The notes below the pieces were generated by a model that saw only the letters and a list, made by a program, of their open reading frames with translations, searched no databases and was not told where the DNA came from. Of a stretch of 64,000 nucleotides of DNA, positions 58,601 to 64,000 are shown one piece after another; the stretch's first letter is position 1, and each line of letters starts with the position of its first letter. This DNA is from a virus. A program made the position numbers and the translations under genes. The stretch lies in IMG/VR virus record IMGVR_UViG_3300034111_000335, positions 1 through 64,000 of that record; one strand, given 5' to 3'.

Positions 58601-60713
58601 AGGAACACTTAAGATTAAAACTAAGTACTATCCTGCATTCGGTGGAGACACTTACATTAATAAGTTTGCACTTAAGCGTAAGCACTCTTTCTTTACTCGT
58701 AACTTAGCTAACTTACCAGCTAAAGTAGATAATGTTCCTTTTGATTATTGGCTGTATCCTAACTTAGGATATCCTACTTACTACATTGGAGAGTCTCCTG
58801 AAGATTTAAGTTCAGCAGCAACCGAAGCTTTAATAGCTGGGGTTGCAGCAGCTGCGGCTGCGGCATTAGCTGCAGGAGTTGTTACAGGAGCTTTAGTAGC
58901 AGGCGGTGTTTTAAATGCTGCTCTTACAGGAGTATTAGCTTCAATCTACAGTTTGTTTGTAAAGAAGAATAACTTAGATGCAGATCCTCAACCTTTCTTC
59001 TATCAGAAAGGATTTTTCTACACAGCTTCTTATGGTATTCCAGTATTCTATGTAGAGTCTGACATTAACGTAGACTTACGTCATGGAAGAAATGAATTAG
59101 AAGAAAACTTCTATCCTAACGTAGGAGATGGTATTCCTGATGACTGGTTGCATGAAGTAAACGTACCTATCAAGTTTGATAATTTTTATAGTTACAATGC
59201 TACTTACTCTGCACAGAACTTAAGTCCTAACTTTCCATATAGATTAAAGTACCCTAAATTAGAGTGTTTGTCTATTCACCATAATCGTGTAATTTACTCT
59301 GATCCTGCAAACTCCTCTAACTATCTTTCAGATGCTTGGAGAGTATTCCGTCCAGGTAATTTCTATGACTTCCCTAAGCAAGGAGGACGCTTAATAGATC
59401 TAAATGCAGGAGAGAACGAAAGAGTATATGCTAGGTTTGAAAATACTACTAAGGTTTACAACTCTCGTATTACTTTAAGTACTACTTCTCCTTATCAGTT
59501 GGAGATTGGTAATGCAGAGATGTTCAAACAAAAACCTGTAGAACTTTCTAAAACAGATCTAGGTTACATAGGAACTCAACACAAAGCTTACGTTAAGTGT
59601 GAGTATGGAACATTCTGGGTAGATGCTAAACGTGGGCATATTTATCAGTTAACAAGTGAAGGCTTTAACGAGATTAAGACTGAAAATAACTTTAACTGGT
59701 TTAAGCAAAACCTACCCTTCCAGATTCTTAAAGACATTCCTAATGCAGACATTGACAATCCTCCTATTGGATTAGGTATTGTAATGGGATGGGATGAAAG
59801 ATACGAGAGAGTATTTATTACTAAGTTAGACTATAGAGTTAAGCCTGAGTACAGACCTGGTAACTCATCATTTATCAAATACATTACAGACACATCTGAT
59901 AGCAACTATCGTAAGTATGTTTTGGATAGTGGAAGTATTGAAGTAGAGATTACTTTTGGTGATCCAGCATTCTTCGAGAATAAGTCTTGGACAGTAGCTT
60001 ACTCACCTAAGTTGAAAAACTTTATTTCTTTCTATTCTTTCCTTCCTAACTTCTTTGTTCCCCAATTAGGGCACTTCCAAACTATAATCAATACTTCTAC
60101 AGGAGCATCTACTTGGAATCATAACTTATCTCTTTACAGTTATCAGACTTATTACAATATACTCTATCCTTATATAATCGAGTATAATGTAAACTCTTTC
60201 CCACAAGTATCTACAATCAACTCTGTTACTTTGATGCAGGACATTCAAGAGTACTATTCTGATTACGAGTACTATTCTTTGTCTACTGCTAACAAGAAGA
60301 ACTTAGCAAACTTTACTAAGGCTATCATCTACAACAAAGAACAGTCTTCTGGTATCATTAAGTTGATTCCTGAAGAGTTTGGTAACACAAGACAGAAGAT
60401 TACCTATCCTAGAATGACAGCAACAGGCATAGAAGCTCTTATCTCTCGTAGAGAACACTTGTATACCTTTAATGGATTTTGGAACGTTGCAGCTCAAGGA
60501 AATGGTCAACCTCTATGGTCGACTCAGTGGAGTGACTTAGTTACTCAGTACCCTATAGACAAAGTACCTAATACTAAGAGTGTAAGACCTGTGTCTGTAT
60601 CTTATCAGAAGTCTAAGATTAAGTCTGACTTTGCTAAAGTCAGACTGATTCAGGATCAATACTCTAGATTTAAGTTTATTAACACCATTCAAATAACCCA
60701 AACCAACCCATAA
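55632..60713 (+). CDS. tail stabilization (muzzle-like) protein
   Basis: 1693 aa; GLNLD, ALNAN, YQRDEVY, IRHHKFP, FHSPD, FGGDTYI, SWTVAY...SFYSFLP. Confidence 0.8.
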   Translation: MDNKINQNVAGLNLDSVNYQIKENMITFALNANIQSHDGNSTTYTNEPSNQICYDFTTSYPGYRIVGTLNITEQSKLIVFLAHPDGRSLIGEITNLSKDCTSLIETEKDCGCISGTVVTNVVTEDSSCCLFTPLVVDNCCDCTDCYRYDVQATDNQPFTVVFVDCNGVETSETFPSGIGTFKAKRNRFILPVNVEILYSVLDSQGICIPKSAPCCLGLSPDFPVYSEYRIDNCETKVYFIARNIQPRYFSLEEPYGRDQCGDAIDCITDSCERLKLFPDFCQPDIYPTAVDSGGTLKGGVYSFSLAYADENGKELTDYVDFSNPIPIFERAITEQTEYETSQSIRVSIDHSTAIFDYFNLVVAENINEVTTYQLVGTYRVNQSTYRDSLVYTGDYSSTFSSIVPLIRSPHYETAEIIEKQNDILMLADLVETPKYNFQLLANQIKLRWETVKMPVDNKFDFSNPEIAYFFRTYQRDEVYPFGIKFKLKNGKYTDVFHIPGREVFVNSNEEELLYSSSNPDAFGTSNDCIVTTAQPRWKVYNTATTGLTPPNNTPSLQEVQYSCKITVETSGEFAYWESTETYPCYEDVWGTLAGKAIRHHKFPENAKSHIHADGDDFIYPIGVRIWNESLFEGILDQETVYDPLNTYGNHQIPVKELICGYELVRGNRVNNKSVVAKGLIYDVGTFINAKTQKSYYYPNYPYNSLEDDPYIKSTPDWYNKADRGIEEDQYGMELHKGFDTIGSRYTFHSPDTHFQYPKIGTELKLETVEYGKVQGHFVPVLDHPKHKFLTLADYSTAATLANALALAFESDTAVDTTVPPPPGVSTTVSNKSKTDALSIITNNQAFIDLIEKLIPLANFAYQFNSVGEYKRFLPITTVGNRRRFLDIGLYANDKIVELNDDKPIHNRLRETSVYLKTNGSFSTEYASIIDNSRYTIGQKNLAKDPEQIVESDTRAYYASIKRDFPNQYGQIENIRYVSTGYSCSVYTDISGTLKIKTKYYPAFGGDTYINKFALKRKHSFFTRNLANLPAKVDNVPFDYWLYPNLGYPTYYIGESPEDLSSAATEALIAGVAAAAAAALAAGVVTGALVAGGVLNAALTGVLASIYSLFVKKNNLDADPQPFFYQKGFFYTASYGIPVFYVESDINVDLRHGRNELEENFYPNVGDGIPDDWLHEVNVPIKFDNFYSYNATYSAQNLSPNFPYRLKYPKLECLSIHHNRVIYSDPANSSNYLSDAWRVFRPGNFYDFPKQGGRLIDLNAGENERVYARFENTTKVYNSRITLSTTSPYQLEIGNAEMFKQKPVELSKTDLGYIGTQHKAYVKCEYGTFWVDAKRGHIYQLTSEGFNEIKTENNFNWFKQNLPFQILKDIPNADIDNPPIGLGIVMGWDERYERVFITKLDYRVKPEYRPGNSSFIKYITDTSDSNYRKYVLDSGSIEVEITFGDPAFFENKSWTVAYSPKLKNFISFYSFLPNFFVPQLGHFQTIINTSTGASTWNHNLSLYSYQTYYNILYPYIIEYNVNSFPQVSTINSVTLMQDIQEYYSDYEYYSLSTANKKNLANFTKAIIYNKEQSSGIIKLIPEEFGNTRQKITYPRMTATGIEALISRREHLYTFNGFWNVAAQGNGQPLWSTQWSDLVTQYPIDKVPNTKSVRPVSVSYQKSKIKSDFAKVRLIQDQYSRFKFINTIQITQTNP

Positions 60714-60717
60714 TATC

Positions 60718-61098
60718 ATGAAAGAAAAAGAACTCTTTACAACAGTTAAACCCGAAATAGTACTGGGACAGTTATTTCAGTCTAGGGACATCATTCACTT
60801 AGCTCACTTACAAACAACTTCGTTTAGTGAGCACAAAGCTTTAGACGGTTACTACTCAGAAGTAATTGGTCTATTAGATGATTTAGTAGAAGCATACTTC
60901 GGAACTATTGGAAAACGCTTAAACTTTAAAATTCCTGGATCAGAGTATATGAATGCTAAAGCTCATCTTACTTACATGAAAGATTATGTAATGAAGCATC
61001 GTAACGTATTTGGAAACGAAAACACCCACCTACAAAACATCGTAGATGAGATCATTGCTTTGATTACTTCTACCTTATATCAATTGACACTAAACTAA
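60718..61098 (+). CDS. ferritin-like helical protein (DUF5856-like)
   Basis: HLAHLQT..FSEHKALD.YY...DDLVEAY.G...LQNIVDEI. Confidence 0.72.
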   Translation: MKEKELFTTVKPEIVLGQLFQSRDIIHLAHLQTTSFSEHKALDGYYSEVIGLLDDLVEAYFGTIGKRLNFKIPGSEYMNAKAHLTYMKDYVMKHRNVFGNENTHLQNIVDEIIALITSTLYQLTLN

Positions 61099-61106
61099 AT
61101 AACTAT

Positions 61107-62000
61107 ATGAACCGTTTAAAGAAATCTTACTCTACTTGCATGAGTTGCGGAGGTAAGAAAATGAAATCAGGAGGTAACTGGATCAAGAGTGCTATTAAAA
61201 AGCCAGGATCTTTTACTGCACAAGCTAAGAATGCTGGTATGTCTGTACCTGCATTCCGTAATAAAGTACTTAGCAATAAGAACGCTTACTCTGCTACTAC
61301 TGTAAAGAGAGCGAACCTAGCTAAGACTCTTGCAGGAATGCGTAAAGGAGAAGATGGTATGATTACACGTAAAGGAACAAAGGATGTAATAAAGTATGCT
61401 TCACGTGTAGAGCCTAGAGGTATTACTACTGAGTCTTCTATGGGTATGCCTGTTGCTCCTACTCCAATTGAAAGTCCAGCAAACTGGTATAACGAAAGTA
61501 CTTGGGATAAAGCACAAGCTGAAAATGCAGCTCGTCCTGTAGCTAATACTCCAGTATCTTCAGATAATCCTTCTCCGTTAGTTAAAGGAGGAACAGAAAA
61601 AGTTAGAGCATACCAAGAAATGCTTCGTAGTTATGGCTACGATATTAAAGCAGATGGTGCTTGGGGTCCTAAAACACAAGCCGCATACGAATCTTATATT
61701 AAAGCAAAGGCTTCAGGTACAGCTAAACCTGCAGCTGTGACTCCTGCTAAAACAACTAGTAAAGCTTCTTCTGAGACTTGGAACTATACTCCAGAACAGT
61801 GGGATAAATCTATGGCAGAAAACAAAGCAAGAGAAGCAGCACAGAGTATGAAGTCGTTTAACACAACTGTAAATACTGTTGTTGAGCCTGCATACGTTAA
61901 TAAAGCAATTAGTAACTCAGGTAAGTATAAGGCATCTAAAGCAGCTAATGCTAAAAAGTACGTAATGAATAAACTTGACAAGTTTAATAAAAAGCCATAA
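61107..62000 (+). CDS. basic protein with a peptidoglycan-binding-like domain (putative virion cargo)
   Basis: NWIKSAIKKPG...RANLAKTL; VRAYQEML...DGAWGPKTQAA. Confidence 0.65.
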   Translation: MNRLKKSYSTCMSCGGKKMKSGGNWIKSAIKKPGSFTAQAKNAGMSVPAFRNKVLSNKNAYSATTVKRANLAKTLAGMRKGEDGMITRKGTKDVIKYASRVEPRGITTESSMGMPVAPTPIESPANWYNESTWDKAQAENAARPVANTPVSSDNPSPLVKGGTEKVRAYQEMLRSYGYDIKADGAWGPKTQAAYESYIKAKASGTAKPAAVTPAKTTSKASSETWNYTPEQWDKSMAENKAREAAQSMKSFNTTVNTVVEPAYVNKAISNSGKYKASKAANAKKYVMNKLDKFNKKP

Positions 62001-63430
62001 TGTTTGTCCCAGGAGTAAATGGTTCTGTAATTCCTAGTGTGTCCTCAGGCTCTAAGCTTAAGAGTGCATATAAGAATTCCAAAAAACGTAAGATGCCTAA
62101 TGGGGGATGGGCTAACTGGACTCCTAATACAGGAAAGCCTTACTTAAGAACTAGTCCTGCAGGTAATGCTGGTTACTCTGATAATACTAAAGTAATTACT
62201 CAAAATACAAACGTTACTGCAGCTAATAGAAAAGCAGCAGAAGCTGCAGAGTACGCTAAACGTGTGGGTAGTATTAGTCAGGGTAAAGTTAAATCAAATT
62301 ATGAGAAAGCGAAGGAAGCTACTTCTTTTGTAGCTCAAGCAGAGCAACGTAATGGTTCTGCATCCCCATTAGACTATGTATTAGATGTTGTAAATCCTGT
62401 CAATTATGTTACTAATGCTATTGATTTAGTCGGTAATACAGGATCTGCGGTTGTTAATGCTTCTCAAGGCAATTTTGCACAAGCAGGTAGTGATTTATTA
62501 GGTGCAGGATTAAATGCACTTGACGTTGTGCCTTTAACCAGAGGATTAGGAAAAGTAGCAAAGCCTGCAATTAAGAATGCTGCAAGGCCTTTTTTAAACT
62601 ATGCAGACGATATAGTACAAACCTCTAAAATTGCAGGTAAACCTGCACTACCTACTTATAAGAACGTATACAGAGCAGAGCATGCAAACTTTAATACTAT
62701 GGCAAAACCTGACGATCTTACGGGTAGGTGGGCACTAGATAATCCTAAAGACGCAGAGTTTTATGTGAGAAACTTAAAAACTCCTAGAGGAGATTCTTAT
62801 ACTACAAGTAATTATTTTAAAGGAGAAGTAGAGCCTGTAAGAATAATGAGGGATAGACTTCCTGAGTATAAAATGAAACAACAATTTGCGGAAGGTATGC
62901 CAGAGGAAGCACGAATTATGAGTATGGGTAGAGGTAAGTTGACTGATAAAGAACTTGCTAGTGTTTTAGGTGACGATGCTGCTGATAGAATGCGGAAGGG
63001 TATCCTAACAGAAATGGATTACAACACTATGTCTACTGCTCCTTTTATGTACAATACAACAGAGGGTATACTTGATGCAAACAGAATGAATCAACTACGT
63101 AAGGGTGAAAATACTTTTTTAGGTCGGGGAAAAACTAACTTGTTTCCAGATCAAAAGCAAGCTATTGACTATATAAGTAATCAGTCAAAAGGACAAAAAA
63201 ATAGTTCTTTAATTAGTAAATACCTACCTTTTAGTACTTATAAAAACGGAGGAGAAGTAGAAGATGATGATGATAAGGAAATGGTTGATGGAGTAGCAAG
63301 TATTCTTCGGAGAGTTAAGGACCCTAAGAACAGATTACAACTAGCTAATCAATTATCTAAACAGTTTAACAGAGAAAATGTAAAGTATAATTTACCTTCC
63401 TTTTTAAATAAATCAAAAGTAAAGAAATGA
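62000..63430 (+). CDS. putative ejection or cargo protein
   Basis: 476 aa; amphipathic LGAGLNALDVVP segment; xxGG motifs. Confidence 0.6.
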   Translation: MFVPGVNGSVIPSVSSGSKLKSAYKNSKKRKMPNGGWANWTPNTGKPYLRTSPAGNAGYSDNTKVITQNTNVTAANRKAAEAAEYAKRVGSISQGKVKSNYEKAKEATSFVAQAEQRNGSASPLDYVLDVVNPVNYVTNAIDLVGNTGSAVVNASQGNFAQAGSDLLGAGLNALDVVPLTRGLGKVAKPAIKNAARPFLNYADDIVQTSKIAGKPALPTYKNVYRAEHANFNTMAKPDDLTGRWALDNPKDAEFYVRNLKTPRGDSYTTSNYFKGEVEPVRIMRDRLPEYKMKQQFAEGMPEEARIMSMGRGKLTDKELASVLGDDAADRMRKGILTEMDYNTMSTAPFMYNTTEGILDANRMNQLRKGENTFLGRGKTNLFPDQKQAIDYISNQSKGQKNSSLISKYLPFSTYKNGGEVEDDDDKEMVDGVASILRRVKDPKNRLQLANQLSKQFNRENVKYNLPSFLNKSKVKK

Positions 63431-63876
63431 AACAGATGATAAAACGCAAAGATGGATCTTACTCACAACGTGGTTTGTGGGATAACATCCGTGCTAACAA
63501 AGGATCTGGTAAGAAGCCTACAAAAGAAATGCTTAAGCAAGAGACTAAGATTAAAAAAGAAAGTCGCTTAAAGAAAGCATACATGGCTAAGGGAGGAAAC
63601 ATTGCTAAGACTACTAAAGGTCCAGGAGCAAACTATCGTCCTACTAAATCAGGAGCAGGTATGACTCAGAAAGGTGTAATGGCTTATCGTAGAGCAAACC
63701 CTGGATCTAAACTAAGCACTGCTGTTACAGGTAATGTAAAGGCTGGTAGCAAAGCAGCCAATCGTAGAAAGTCTTATTGTGCTAGATCATTAGGTCAGTT
63801 ACGTAGATCTAAACAGTCTACACAGAATGATCCTAATAGCAGAATCAGACAAGCACGTAGACGTTGGAAGTGCTAA
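63427..63876 (+). CDS. basic protein (DUF6321-like)
   Basis: GLWDNIRA; GAGMTQKG..AYRR.NPGSKL...RRKSYCARS...RRWKC. Confidence 0.7.
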   Translation: MKQMIKRKDGSYSQRGLWDNIRANKGSGKKPTKEMLKQETKIKKESRLKKAYMAKGGNIAKTTKGPGANYRPTKSGAGMTQKGVMAYRRANPGSKLSTAVTGNVKAGSKAANRRKSYCARSLGQLRRSKQSTQNDPNSRIRQARRRWKC

Positions 63877-63911
63877 GAACTAAATAAACTAAATAAACTA
63901 AAACTAAATAT

Positions 63912-64000
63912 ATGGCCGCTAAAGCATCTAAATCAAAATCAACTTCTACTGCTTCTAAGTTTAAAGTTAAACCGAAAGTAAGAAGGAAGGGAGTAGTAGC
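63912..64000 (+). CDS. partial basic protein (MAAKASKSKST...)
   Basis: ATG after an A-rich leader; open to the window end. Confidence 0.6.
   Translation, partial: MAAKASKSKSTSTASKFKVKPKVRRKGVV

Noticed and set aside
13507-61981. Numerous short antisense or alternative-frame ORFs in the ORF track (for example 49285..49794, 32470..32790, 55106..55459)
   Set aside because: Shadows of long coding genes without initiation context or protein-like features; only 34660..34986 was retained
1-64000. Stop-codon reassignment as seen in some crAss-like phages
   Set aside because: Long genes are intact in the standard code with dense packing, and no suppressor tRNA was seen

Overview
A 64 kb AT-rich segment of a lytic Bacteroidota phage with crAss-like (Crassvirales-type) gene order, read in the standard genetic code. 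Host assignment rests on repeated TAnnTTTG (-7) promoters, A-rich translation starts lacking Shine-Dalgarno, and a T9SS sorting domain. Positions 1-10.4 kb (minus strand) hold small early or accessory genes, a GIY-YIG homing endonuclease, an SF2 helicase, a GH73 glucosaminidase, a ParB-like protein, tRNA-Leu(UAA), tRNA-Glu(UUC), two twister-like ribozymes and several unassigned structured RNAs. The strand switches near 10.4 kb. A secreted nuclease and an aminoacyl-tRNA-protein transferase (Bpt/ATE-like) follow, then large tail fibres (12.6-28.5 kb) and a holin/endolysin pair. At 30.5-37.3 kb lies an unexpected secreted cell-surface operon: an HExxH peptidase, a cohesin-dockerin-T9SS CTD protein, a CsgG-like lipoprotein, a putative beta-barrel with an overprinted membrane-protein gene, and a PA14-dockerin protein. 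The rest is the terminase-portal-capsid-tail module and putative ejection proteins. All calls come from motif recognition by eye; no searches or folding programs were run.
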